64,000 nt of DNA, taken from assembly GCA_030390025.1 (NCBI GenBank), contig JASTWF010000340.1:434001-498000 (forward strand), read 5' to 3'. Source of the stretch: Squalus acanthias. Its lineage: Eukaryota. Below are positions 52,133-63,467 of this stretch, piece after piece; position 1 is the first letter of the stretch, and every line of letters begins with the position of its first letter. The notes under the pieces are model-generated. The model was not told the origin of the DNA and did no database searches. It was given only the letters and a program-made list of their open reading frames with translations. The translations under genes were made by a program, and so were the position numbers.

Positions 52133-52445
52133 CGGTGCCATGTCTCAGATGAGACGTTAAACGTGTCTGTTCTATAAGTTGGATGTAAATGATCCCATGG
52201 AATTACATTGAAGAAGAGCAGCAGAGTTAACCCCGTTGTTCTGGACAATATTTATCTCAATCAACTTCACTAAAGCATATTATCTGTTCATTACCACGTT
52301 GCTGTTTGTGGGAGCTTGCTGTGCTCAAATTGGCTGCCACATTTTCTACAGTACAACAGTGACTTCACTTCAAAAGGAAGGACGTCATTGGCTTGAAAGC
52401 GCTTTGGGACATCCCAAGATCGCGAATAGCGCTATATCAATTCCA
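52122..52445 (+). mobile_element. DeuSINE (SacSINE1-like) body and L2-type tail
   Basis: GATGAGACGTTAAAC...GATCCCATGG...GAAGAAGAGCAG...TTGCTGTTTGTGGGAGCTTGCTGTG...AAATTGGCTGCC...AAAGCGCTTTGGGAC matches my recollection of the shark DeuSINE. Needs a Dfam/Repbase check. Confidence 0.7.
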
Positions 52446-52559
52446 TTTTTTCATCCTTTCTTAACAGTAATTTCCAAAAGGTAATTGGATGCAAACTTGA
52501 AAAGGATAAATTTTCAGGGCTATGGGGAAGCGGCTCAATTGTTCATTACCATTCGCAAC

Positions 52560-53230
52560 AGGATATGAAAGCTTTGAAATAATTTGATGTGTTAGGATCG
52601 CTTGACTCTGTCGAATTTCATTCCATTGATCACCATGGTAGATGCACATGATATGATGGAGGGTGGCCTCAGGGTGAAGGTGAGACTTATTCTCCACAAA
52701 TATTGTTCAGCGGTCAGTCCTACCAATATCGCCATGGACAGATGCATATGCGATAGATAGGTTGGTGAGGACGTTGTCAAGCAGGCTATTCTCTCATCTT
52801 GGGTCTCCCACCACCTGCCGCAATCCCAGTCTGGCAGCTATGTTCTTCAGGGCTCGGTTAATGATGATACTTCCGAGCCACTCTTGGTGATGGACATTGA
52901 AGTTTCCTCCTCCCAACCCAGTGTATAATTTGCGCCTTTTCTGCTCTCGGTGCTCCCATCAACTGGTGTTCAGCATGACGATGTGCCGATTCATCAGCTG
53001 AGGGAGGGCGGTAGGTGGTAATCGGCAGGAAGTTACCTTGCCCATGTCTGACTGGAAGCCATCAGACTTCATTATATCCTCAGGCAATGTTGAGGACTCA
53101 CAGGGTTTCTCCCTCCCGATTGTATACCCCTGTGTCCCCACCTCTGGTGGGTCTGTGCAGACCCTGGAATGGTGATGGAGGGTTTGGGAATGTTGACTGA
53201 TAGTTATGGTTCTGTGAGTATGATTATGCG
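52560..53230 (-). mobile_element. Decayed endonuclease region of the second LINE family
   Basis: The reverse strand gives FNVHHQEWLGS and RALKNIAARLGLRQVV-like segments. Confidence 0.6.
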
Positions 53231-53452
53231 AGAATTTAATGTTTCCAGAGAGTTTCCTGGAGTATTGAGGTGCTTACAGGGTATTTATCACATTGGTTAA
53301 TATTTTAAGTGTTTTCCTTTGATCCCTTCGTTTTAATCCTTTGCTCCTTTTAATTATTCTTCCCCTCGGTCAAACACGATGACATGTTTGTCTGGGTAAG
53401 GTTACTCTTCTTCTTGTTCTTGTTCTATTTTCAGGCAATAGAGAAATGAACT

Positions 53453-54010
53453 GAGAATGAAATTCCTCGATTGAGTCGGGAGCAGTGGAATCTAGGCGGC
53501 CCTGGTAATGAAATTCCTGCATTGAGGCAGGTGCAGTGTAATCTAGGCGGCCCTGGAAATGAAATTCCTGGATTGTGGCAGGAGCAGTGGAATCGAGGCG
53601 GCCTTGGGAATGAAATTCCTGAATTGAGGCAGGAGCAGTGTAAACTAGATGGCTCTGGGAATGAAATTCCTGGACTGAGGTGGGAGCAGTGTAATATAGG
53701 CTGTGCCTCAGAATGACATTCCTGGATTGAGGCGGGAGCAGTGTAATCTAGGCAGCCCTGGGAATGAAATTCGTGGATTGAGGTGGGAGCAGTGTAATCT
53801 AGGCAGCCCTGGGAATGACATTCCTGGATTGAGGCTGGAGCAGTGTAATCTAGGCTGTCCAGGGAATTAAATTCCTGGATTGAGGTGGGAGCAGTGTAAT
53901 CTAGGCTGTCCCGGGAATGAAATTCCTGGATTGAGGTGGGAGCAGTGTAATCTAGTTGGTCCTGGGAATGAAATTCCTGGACTGAGGGACGAGCAGTGTA
54001 ATCTAGTCGA
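53453..54010. repeat. 51-bp minisatellite, about 11 units, GAATGAAATTCCTGGATTGAGGTGGGAGCAGTGTAATCTAGGCGGCCCTGG
   Basis: Gives the 17-aa periodic ORF GNEIPGLRWEQCNLGGP. Confidence 0.93.
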
Positions 54011-54199
54011 GTCCCATCGTTCCATCACTGGGATATTCTCTCAGATCCCGCCATTTAAAACCATTTATTTATTATTTCTTTAATCCTGATGGCCTGGTAT
54101 GGAATAAATCAGAGATCTGGTGTCGGGAAATCCATTTTGTCAGTGATCTAAACAGATTACTAAGGTTGTGAATTTGGAAAGCTTGGGAATTAGGGGCAG

Positions 54200-55455
54200 A
54201 GGGGGAAGAAGGGGAGAGCGAGAGGAGCGGCCGGAGATAAAGGTAGGCCAGAGAACCCGGAGCTGGGAGCGAGTGTAAGGGAGTGAGGTAAGTGACATCA
54301 GCACAAGGGAAGACGCTGCAAAGAAAAAATAGCATGTTGATTGTTTTTTTTTGAAGTCATGAGTTTAATTCCGTTAAATTAGTTGGTAGTCTATTAAATA
54401 GAGGCATGGCAGGGGACCTCGGTGCCGTGGAATGCACACCTTGTGCCATGTGGGAACTCCAGGACACTTCCCACGGGTTTCGGAGCTTGAGCAGCAGCTG
54501 GCGTCACTGCGGTGCATCCGTGAGGCTGAGAGCTCCGTGGATAGCAGGTTTCAGGAGGTGGTCACCCCGCAGCATAAGAGTGTGCAGGCAGAGAGGGAAT
54601 GTGTGACCGTCAGACAGACAAGCAGAACCACGCATTTAGTGCAGGAGCCCCATGAGTGCATCTCACTCTCGAACCAGTATTGGATGGTTCCTCTGGGGAG
54701 TACAGCCAGAGCCAAGTCCATGGCAACACTGGTGGCTGAGCTGTAGGGTGGGGCGAGGGGGGGGGGGGTGTGGGGCAGGAAGATCGGGAAAGCAATAGTG
54801 ATAGGAGATTCGATAGTTAAAGGAACAGACAGGTGTTTCTCCAGCCACAGACGTGACTCCAGAATGATATGTTGCCTCCCTGGTGCCAGGGTCAAGGATG
54901 TCACTGAATGGCTGCTGGACATTCTGAGGGGTGATGGTGAACAGACGGAGGTCGTGGTCCATATTGGCAACATCGACATAGGTAGAGAGAGGGATGTGAT
55001 CCTGTAGGCAGATAATAGGGAGCTAGGAAAGAGATTATAAAGCAGGACCTCGAAGGTAGTAATCTCCAGATTACTCCTGGTGCCACGAGCTAGTGAATAT
55101 AGAAATAGGAGGATAGAACAATTAAATGTATGGCTGGTGATATGGTGCAGGACGGAGGGCTTTAGATTCCTGGCACATTGGGGCCGGTTCTGGGGGAGGT
55201 GGGACCTGAAAAGGCCGGTCGGGTTGCACCTCAACTGAGCTGGAACCAATATACTCACGAGGTGCGGGCGGGGGTGGTTGCTAGTGCTGTTGGGGAGCAT
55301 TTAAACTAATCTGCCAGGGGGCTGGGCACCAGGATGTGGCATTAGAACGGAGAACAAGGTGCACAAAAGATGGGGAGAGACAGATAGCAGTAGAGTATGA
55401 AATAGTACGGTATTATGTGGGTTCAGACTAACGGAGAATCCAAGAAGGTCTAAGA
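54200..55455 (+). mobile_element. CR1 5' portion (5' UTR and decayed ORF1)
   Basis: MAGDLGAVECTPCAMWEL...RVSELEQQLASLRCIRE and KAIVIGDSIVKGTDR...ICCLPGARVKDV. Confidence 0.88.
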
Positions 55456-55457
55456 TA

Positions 55458-55650
55458 GAAACAGAAAATACTGGAAACACTCAGCAGGTCAGGCAGCATC
55501 CGCGGAGAGAGAAACAGAGTTAACGTTTCAGGTCTGTGACCCTTCATCTGAACTGGAAAAATTTAGAGATGTAACAGATTGTAAGCAGGTTCAGGGGCAG
55601 GGAAAGGGGGGAGGGGAGGAAATAACAAAAGGGAATTTCTGTGATAGGGT
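55458..55650. mobile_element. Common shark interspersed repeat end (Penelope-like terminus)
   Basis: ACAGAAAATACTGGAAACACTCAGCAGGTCAGGCAGCATC...GAAACAGAGTTAACGTTTCAGGTC. An inverted copy is at 57950-58090. The family assignment is from memory. Confidence 0.55.
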
Positions 55651-55654
55651 GGAA

Positions 55655-56072
55655 GGCAGGAGAATGAGAGGGGATCTCATTGAAACTTATAAAATTCTAA
55701 CAGGACTAGACAGACCAGATGCAGGAAGGATGTTCCCGATGGCGGGGGAGTCCAGAACCAGGCGTCACAGTCTAAGGATAAGGGGAAAGCCAGTTAGGAC
55801 AGGAAGGAGAGGAGGAATTTCTTCACCCAGAGAGTGGTGAACCTGTGGAATTCTCTACCACAGAAGACAGTTGAGGCCAATCCATTAAATATATTCAAGA
55901 AGGAGATAGATATATTTCTTAAGGCTAAGGGGACCAAGGGATATGGGGAGAAAGCAGGGACAGGGTACTGAATTTGGATGATCAGCCATGATCTCATTGA
56001 ATGGCGGAGCAGGCTCGAGGGACCGAATGGCCTACTCCTGCTCCTATCTTCTATGTTTCTATGTTTCTATGT
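55655..56072 (+). mobile_element. CR1 3' fragment
   Basis: RRMRGDLIETYKILTGLDR and a (TTCTATGT)n tail. Nearly identical to 63725-63895 and to the reverse complement of 9640-9900. Confidence 0.92.
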
Positions 56073-56079
56073 GCTTCTT

Positions 56080-57728
56080 CATCCCAGAGGCCATCTTCTC
56101 AGTAAGGGGTTAGAATCAGTGTCTTATGAGCCACTTACGGACGGCCTTTGCAGTGGCAACATTGTGCGCCTCCCTCCCACTTTGGTGCTGCTGATTCTCC
56201 TCCTCCTCCTCCTCTCGCTCTTCCTCCTCCTCCTCAGGTGGTGCAGCAATCCCTGGTGGCAATGGCTGGTTCCTCATGATTGCCATGTTATGAAGCATGT
56301 AGGACACAACAATGAAGAGGGAAAATCGCTCGGGAGATTACTGCAGGGCTCTTCCTGAGTGGTCCAGACACCGGAACCGTTGTTGGAAGATGCCGACCGT
56401 CTGCTCTATGAGATTTCTGTTGGCACTATGGCTCTCATTGTATTGCCACTCGGCAGGGGTGTTGGGGTTAGGCAGCGGTGTCATCAGCCAGGTGCAGAGT
56501 GGATAACCCTTGTCCCCGAGGTGCCATCCACTAGGTTGACACGATGGTAGGAAGAGGTTTGGCGCAGGATAAAAGTGTTGTCGCTGCTGCCATGATGGCG
56601 GGCATTGACGGCGAGTATGAGCTGTCTGTGGTCACAGAGCAACTGGACATTCAAAGAGTGGAAGCCCTTGTGGTTTCGGAACACCTCTACATTCTGATGA
56701 GATTCCCAAAATGCCACATGCATGCAGTGAAAGTAACTCTGAACCATGGGGAAGCCCGCTATTCTCGTAAAGCCACATGCGTGTTCGCGCTGTTTGTCCT
56801 GGGTCATGGGAAGAGATGTACTGGCGTCTCCTCTTATACAAAGCCTTTGTCACACTCAGATGCAACATGAACAGCGAACTGGGAGATATTCACTATGTCC
56901 CCAGTAGAAGCCTGAAAGGAACCGCTGACTTAGAAATTCAGAGCCACTGTCACCTTCACTGCCATCGACAGAGACGTCCTGGTCCTGAGCTGAGGCTGCA
57001 GATCTGGTTGCAGGAGGTGGCAGAGCTCAGTGACCACCTCCTTGCTGAAGCGCAGCCATTGGAAACACTGCTCCTCAGACAAATGGATATAGGAGGAGAA
57101 TTGCTCCCTGAATACCCTGGGAGCGTAAGGTCTCATGATGGCCCTCCTCCCTCTGGTCGCGTTTGCCACTCTCTCTCTCCGCCCCTGCTGTCTCCAAAGG
57201 TGAAGCTGGACGACGAACACGCCCCAAGTTAGTGAAGCCCCTATCGAAGCTTCTAAATATCGTTAGAAGGTGAAATAAAAATGAACCTCCAAATTGGTGC
57301 TCAGGACCCAAAACTCCTTCGGTCAGCGTCGAATCTCTCCAGACGCCTCTCAACCTGCATCTAACAAAAATGTTGCTGACAAGAAACGGCAGGAGGCAAC
57401 CGCCTTTAAATAGCGCTTCCCCAGCCCATTCCCGACTTGAAAACATTCCCCATCTATGTGGCGTTCCTAGCGGCAGGCGCTAAGGCAGGGGATGCGACTC
57501 AATTTTCAGTCCGGGACGCTACCAGGGCATTGCAAACTCGACTGCTGTCACGATTTGTCGGCCCAGGAGATCGTGGCGGCAGTGTTTAGTGCCAGCGCAA
57601 AATGGCTGGTCAATTTCGTGAGCGGCCCTAAAATAGCCGCGCTCGTACGCTAAGCTCCAATCGCCCCGTTACCCCTTCCCCACCCCCGAAGGTGCTCAGG
57701 GGAGGTGCTAATCAACCAATTTTCCCCC
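56080..57728 (-). mobile_element. Harbinger/PIF DNA transposon relic (HARBI1-like DDE transposase, broken)
   Basis: LSEEQCFQWLRFSKEVVTELCHLLQPDL...AVKVTVALNF, GFTRIAGFPMVQ...[17 protein letters not shown], and the GDKGYP region. Possible terminus GGGGGAAAATTGG at about 57728. Stops and frameshifts. Confidence 0.85.
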
Positions 57729-57949
57729 ATGATTATCTGTGTTTCTGTCTTTGTCGTTCCCCATCCCATCCGCGCTACTGTCAGCTATTGATTCTGAAGG
57801 TGATTTCGTTTTACCAAGATTCAAATGTTCAACTCAAGTAAATTTATTGGAAGTGACACTTTATTTAACCAATATCAGTCTGCTACCGACACTGAACATT
57901 TGTATCAGGTCAGAAGAATGCTGTCTTGGTTTAGGAGACTTTTCACCTA

Positions 57950-58090
57950 ATGGCGAAAGGCCATCGACCTGAAATGTTAACTCTGTTTCTCTCTCTCTCC
58001 ACAGATGCTGTCTGACCCGCTGAGTATTTCCACCATTTTCTGTTTTCATTTCAGATTTCCAGTATCCGCAGTTATTTGCTTTTGTTTTCA
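57950..58090. mobile_element. Shark interspersed repeat end (Penelope-like), inverted relative to 55458
   Basis: GACCTGAAATGTTAACTCTGTTTCTCTCTCTCCACAGATGCTGTCTGACCCGCTGAGTATTTCC. Confidence 0.55.
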
Positions 58091-59400
58091 CCTAATGCTC
58101 GGTATGGTTACTTACAGAGTCACAGGAACAAATTGTGGCAGATCACATCCACATCTTTAAATGCCTGAAATATCCGCTAATCATTCAGTTCCAGTCAGTG
58201 TCTCCTTTCCCACACTCTCCAGTTCTGCATTATTGGCACTGCTTCTGATGGCTAAAGTAGGATTACAAGGATAATTTACATTCTCACAAAACTTTCATTC
58301 AGCCAGATTTCAATACATTTCTTTCTGATCATTGTTTTGAATTTGCAATTGGATCCCATGCCCGTCTGTCACAGTACAGTGGATCTCTCGGTGTGACCCA
58401 GAGTGATTCTCTATTGCCTCCTGCTGCACTTCAGGATAAACAATCCCAGCTGATTGTAACTGAAGTACTGAGCATAAGAAAATCCTTTGATGTCTTCTCG
58501 TCTAATATTCTCTGCACAAGTTGGAAAGAACAGCTGAAAGAGTACAAGGATAAATCTCTTCCATTTGTGTTCAGATACTTTACAGCAGCATTTGGCGGCA
58601 CTTTGCCTGTGGGTTAAGTCGGCTTATTTCGATACTGCTAAAAGCATTTAGTGGGACATTACCTGTTCAATCAGCACTATTTATTTTAATTCAGAGGCCA
58701 TTATTTGCAATTTTACTTGGCAAATCTTCCTTTCAATGAGCTAGAATTTGTGTATTTCAACAAAAATGCAGTAAACTCAATCTCCAAAACATATCTGACA
58801 GCCCAGTTATCTTTATAACTGCAGTGCACTTGTATTTAATATTTTAGCATTGTGGTATTACATCCGTACATTTTATATAAAATTGCCAGTAATTATTGCA
58901 TGCCAAGGTTGCAGTTTCTGTATTTTGCTGTTGCATTCATTTTCAGTTCTAAATAGAATGGATATTCTAACCAAGAGCAGGAATCCAAGCGGGATTTCCC
59001 CCTCCCTAACACAGGGGCACAGAAGCGAACTGCACCGCTCGAAATGCTGACTGATCCCGGGTCACGAAGGCTTCCTGAGAGGGTCTGGTCCTTTGTGTCC
59101 CTGGTACCTCGGGCGGTGCTTTTGTCTGCTTGGCCAAAAATAGATCTATCATTTAATCTTTTATTGATCAAACATCTGTTACTTTCATGTTGTATTTATT
59201 CCCATTTCATTTATTGATTCCACAATGTATTCCCGATTATTCTTGTAATAAGCCCTGTATTCAGCTCCATAGTTAATAGGATTAGATTATATCATTCAAT
59301 GTGGGTAATGAGTTGCAGATTTCACCCCGAATTCCCTCAAACTGCTGCTTTTGCTCCCATCCTGATGAATAATTTCCCTGTTTATTTCCCTTCCTCACAG

Positions 59401-60302
59401 TGAACTTAGTGACGATTGTGATCCTGTCTCGGGGAAAGTGTGGTCTCTCCAAATGTGTCACTCGCTACCTGGTGGCCATGGCAGCGGCGGATCTACTGGT
59501 CGTTATCCTCGACCTGATATTGAGGCACATTCCGATTGTTTATAAGGAACAGTTTTATTTCGTGCGGTCGATCCCCGTGTGTAATATCCACGCCGTCCTG
59601 CTGTTCGCAGCCTCAGACTGTTCTGTCTGGTTCACCGTCACTTTCACCTTTGATCGATTTGTGGCCATTTGTTGCCAGAAGCTGAAAACTAAATATTGCA
59701 CCGAGAAAACGGCGACTGTAGTTCTGGGAACAGTGACTGTGCTGAGCGGTTTAAAGGACATCACCTGGTATTTTATGTTCACAGATCGGTATTGGCTTGC
59801 GAACACCCCCTGGTTTTGTGAGGCCATATTCGATGTTATGATGTCACGGGTCTGGGGAACAATCGAGCTCCTTCATTATATTCTCACCCCGTGTGTCGCA
59901 TTTGTGATGATTCTGCTGCTCAATGCTGTCACCGTCAGACACATTTTAGTGTCCAGCAGAGCCCGCAGGAGACTCCGGGGTCCTAGCAGTGGGGAGTGTC
60001 CCAGAGACCCAGAAATGGAGAGCCGCAGGAAATCCATCATTTTACTGCTTGTTATCTCCGGCAATTTCATCCTGTTATGGGCAGTGTTTATGGTGTTTTC
60101 TATATGGTACCGGATGTTACATTTGGGGGATGAGTCTGTATATCTACCGTATTATGTACTGGAACTGGGATTCGGGCTGCAGCTGCTGAGTTGCTGCACA
60201 AACACTGGGATTTACGCCGTGACCCAGACTAAGTTCAGAGAGCAGTTGAAGAATGTGGGGAAATATCCCTTTACTCTGTTTGTAAAATTCATTAAAGGAT
60301 GA
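59401..60302 (+). CDS. GPR139/GPR142-like class A GPCR, coding exon 2 (rest of TM1 to C-terminus)
   Basis: Strong pyrimidine tract and CAG ending at 59400, open to TGA at 60300-60302. Has TM1 Asn, TM2 AMAAADLL, TM3 Cys with FDRFVAIC, ECL2 Cys, TM5 Pro, TM7 CTNTGIY and helix 8 KFREQL. Spliced CDS is 1083 nt, 360 aa. Confidence 0.93.
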
Positions 60303-60334
60303 GAAGACTTTGCAGCCTGAGGGTTGAGAGTTCA

Positions 60335-60810
60335 CTGGCCCTGAAATTGTGGTGCCCCGCACAAAAATGGCATCTCTGGCGCTCCGCACAAAGATGGCGG
60401 CTCTGGGGCCCCGCACAAATATGGTGGCTCTGGGTCCCCGCACAAATATGGCGGCTCTGGGGTCCCGCACAAAGATGGCGTCTCTGGGGCCCCGCACAAA
60501 GAGGGAGACTCTGGGGCCCCGCACAAATATGGCGGCTCAGGGGCTCCTCAACAAAGATGGCAGCTCTGGGGCCCAGCACAAAGATAGCGGCTCCGGGGCC
60601 CGGCACAAAGATGGGGCTCAGGGGCCCCGCAACAAAGATGGCAGCACCAGCGCCCTGCACAAATATTGCGGTTCCTGCGCCCGACAGAAAGATGGCTGCT
60701 TTGGAGCCCCGCACAAAAATTGCGGCCCTGGGACACCGCACAAAGATGGCGGCTCTGGAGCCCCGCACAAAGATGTCGGCTCTGGGGCCCCGCACAACGA
60801 TTGCTGCAGT
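60335..60810. repeat. 27-bp GC/CpG-rich minisatellite, about 17 units, containing the YY1-like AAGATGGCGGC
   Basis: Unit CCCCGCACAAAGATGGCGGCTCTGGGG, giving 9-aa periodic ORFs. Confidence 0.93.
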
Positions 60811-61209
60811 CACTTGGTGTCTTTCCCTGGCGGCGAGAGGCGAGTATCTGGATGGCGGGAGCAGTTGGAGTCCCGGTTACTGTGAGAGCGGGCGGCGAGG
60901 CGGAGCAGCCTGGCCCGGCACGGCCCACAGGACACCGAGCAGCCCAGCCCGGGGAGGAGATGGCCGGGCACCAGGACTTTATTAGTCATTATAACACTTT
61001 AAAATCATTACAGCACTTTACAGATCTTTTATAATCCTTTATAAATCATTATGAACATTAATAAAACATTATGATGCTTTTTCAATCATTATGACAATAA
61101 ATAAATCATTTTTATAACTAATTCTTAGGATGTGAGCACCGCTGACAAGGCCAGCCTTTATTGCCCATCCCTAATTTCCCGAGAGAAGGTGATGGTGAGC
61201 CGCCTGACA

Positions 61210-61526
61210 CAAGCGACTGTCTTGCTGGGCCATTTCATAGGCCAGTTAAGAGTCAACCACATTGAAGTGGGTCTGGAGTCACATTTCAGCCAGACCGGGT
61301 AAGGGCGGCAGATTTCCTTCCCGAAAGGCCATTAGTGAACCAGGTGGGTTTTTACGACAATCCGCTACTTTCATGGTCACCATTATTGACACAAGCTTTT
61401 TATTCCAGATATGTTTAATTAATTTAATTTAAATTCCGCCAGCCTTTGAACACATGTCTCTGGATCATTTGTCCAGTCATCTGGTTTAACTAGTCCAGCA
61501 ACATAACCACTATGCTACCGTACCCT
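61210..61526 (-). mobile_element. tRNA-derived SINE
   Basis: The reverse complement starts GGGTACGGTAGCATAGTGGTTATGTTGCTGGACTAG (A-box-like), with GTTCAAA (B-box-like) downstream. Flanked by 3'-end pieces of the second LINE family (61120-61205 minus, 61545-61690 plus). Confidence 0.6.
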
Positions 61527-61974
61527 TCAAATATATCGACGTTCTTTCATCGTCACTAGGTCAAAAGCTTGTGGGAGCACCTTCACCACACGGACTGCAG
61601 CGGCTCAAGATGAAGGCCCATCATTTTCTCATGGGTAACTTGGGATGGGCAAGTGATACCATCCTTGACAGCGTCACCCCTAGCCTGATAACAAATACAT
61701 AGAAATAATAAAATAGGATTAAAATCAATGATTTTTAATTTATTGATTGAAACCAGACGAGGCCTGTGATCAGAGCGGGGCGTCAAGTACGCTAAACAAA
61801 TTATCAAACCACTTGGATCTCCAATTGTATCATTTTATGATTGATCCTACTCGCACTGTCCCAATTTCCCAATCATTACAAAAGGTGCTTGATATAGGAT
61901 CACATATTAACAAAATTGAAGCCCATTGGATTAAAGTGGCAGTGACAACAGTGAGTGGCTTGCGGTGTATCAGT

Positions 61975-63467
61975 ATGTAAGAGAGAATTACATTGAGGGG
62001 TTTATCAGAGTGTTACAGTGAGGGGGTTGGTGTATATCAGAGTGTTACAGTGAGGGGTGTGGGGTTTATCAGCGTGTTGCAGTGAGGTGTGTGGGGTATA
62101 TCAGAGAGTTGCAGTGAGGTGTGTGGGGTATATCAGAGTGTTACAGTGAGGAGTGTGGGGTATATCCGAGTGTTACAGTGAGGGGTGTGCAGTATATCAG
62201 AGTGTAACAGTGTGGGGGATGGGGTATATCAGAGTATTACAGTGAGGTGTGTGCGGTTTATCAGCGTGTTGCAGCGAGGAATATGAGGTATATCAGAGAG
62301 TTACAGTGAGGTGTGTGGTGTATATCACAGTGTTACAGTGAGGGGTGTGGGGTTTATCAGCATGCTGCAGTGAGGTGTGTGCAGTATATCATAGTTTTAC
62401 CGTGAGCGGTATGGGGTATATCAGTGTTACAGTGAGGTGTGTGGGGTATATCAGAGTGTTACAATAAGGGGTGTGGGGTTTATTAATATGTTGCAGTGAG
62501 ATGTGTGGGTTTTATCAGCATGTTACATTGAAGTGTGTGGGATATATCAGTGTGTTACAGTGAGGGGTGTGGGGTTTATCAGCGTGTTGCAGTGAGGTGT
62601 GTGGGGTATTTCAGAGTTACAGTGAGTCATGTGGGGTATATCATTGTGTTAATGTGAAGGGTGTGGGATATCTCAGTGTATTACAGTGAGAGGTGATGGC
62701 TAAATCACATTTTAACAGCTAGGGGTGTGGTATATACCAGTGTGTTAAAGTGAGGTGAGTGGGGTATATCGTTCTGTTACAGTGAGAGGTTTGGAATATG
62801 TAAGAGAGGATTAAAGTAAGGGGTATATCAGAGTGCTACAGTGAGGTGTGTGAGGTATACCCGCGTGTTACAGTAAGGGCTGTGTGGGGTATAGCAGAGT
62901 GTTATAGTCAGGGGCGTGGGTTTATATCAGAGTGTTAAAGTGAGGTGAGTGGGGTATATTGGTCTGTTACAGTGAGAGGGTTGGAATATGTAAGAGAGGA
63001 TTAAAGTAAGGGGTATATCAGAGTGTTACACTGAGGTGTGTGAGGTGTATCAGTGTGTTACAGTAAGGGATGTGTGAGGTATATCAGAGTGTTATAGTCA
63101 GGGGCATGGGTTTATATCAGCGTGTTCCAGTGAGGGGTGTTGGGTACATCGATATTTACAGTGAGGGGTGTGTGGGGTATATCAGAGTGTTGTAGTCAGC
63201 GGAGTGGGTTTACGTCAAAGTGCTACAGTGAGGGGTGTGGGGTACATCAGGGTAATACAATAAGCGGTGTTGGGTTAATTATCACAGTGTTACAGTGAGA
63301 GGTGTGGTGTATAACGGAGTGTTACAGTCAGGGGTGCGGGTTTATATCATTGTGTTACATTGAGGGGTGTCGGGTATATCAGAGTGTTACAGTGAGGGGT
63401 ATGGAGTATATCAGAGAGTGTTACAGTGAGGGGTGTGGGATAAAACGGTGTGTTACAGTGAGAGGTT
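61975..63467. repeat. Diverged 32-bp G/T-rich minisatellite GTGTTACAGTGAGGGGTGTGGGGTATATCAGA
   Basis: Period 32 (62042 and 62074), about 45 units. Confidence 0.93.

Noticed and set aside
51348..54083. Periodic Cys/His-containing ORFs (GALHCQRGSTE, GNEIPGLRWEQCNL) as zinc-finger or repeat proteins
   Set aside because: They are translations of 33-bp and 51-bp minisatellites inside the GPCR intron, with no C2H2 spacing or splice support.
59400..60302. Single-exon GPCR starting at GTG 59400
   Set aside because: The G is the last base of a splice acceptor, TM1 would be incomplete, and a phase-compatible exon 1 exists at 42539-42719.
60144..61034. Overlapping ORFs after the GPCR stop
   Set aside because: They arise from the GC-rich 27-bp repeat, which is open in most frames.
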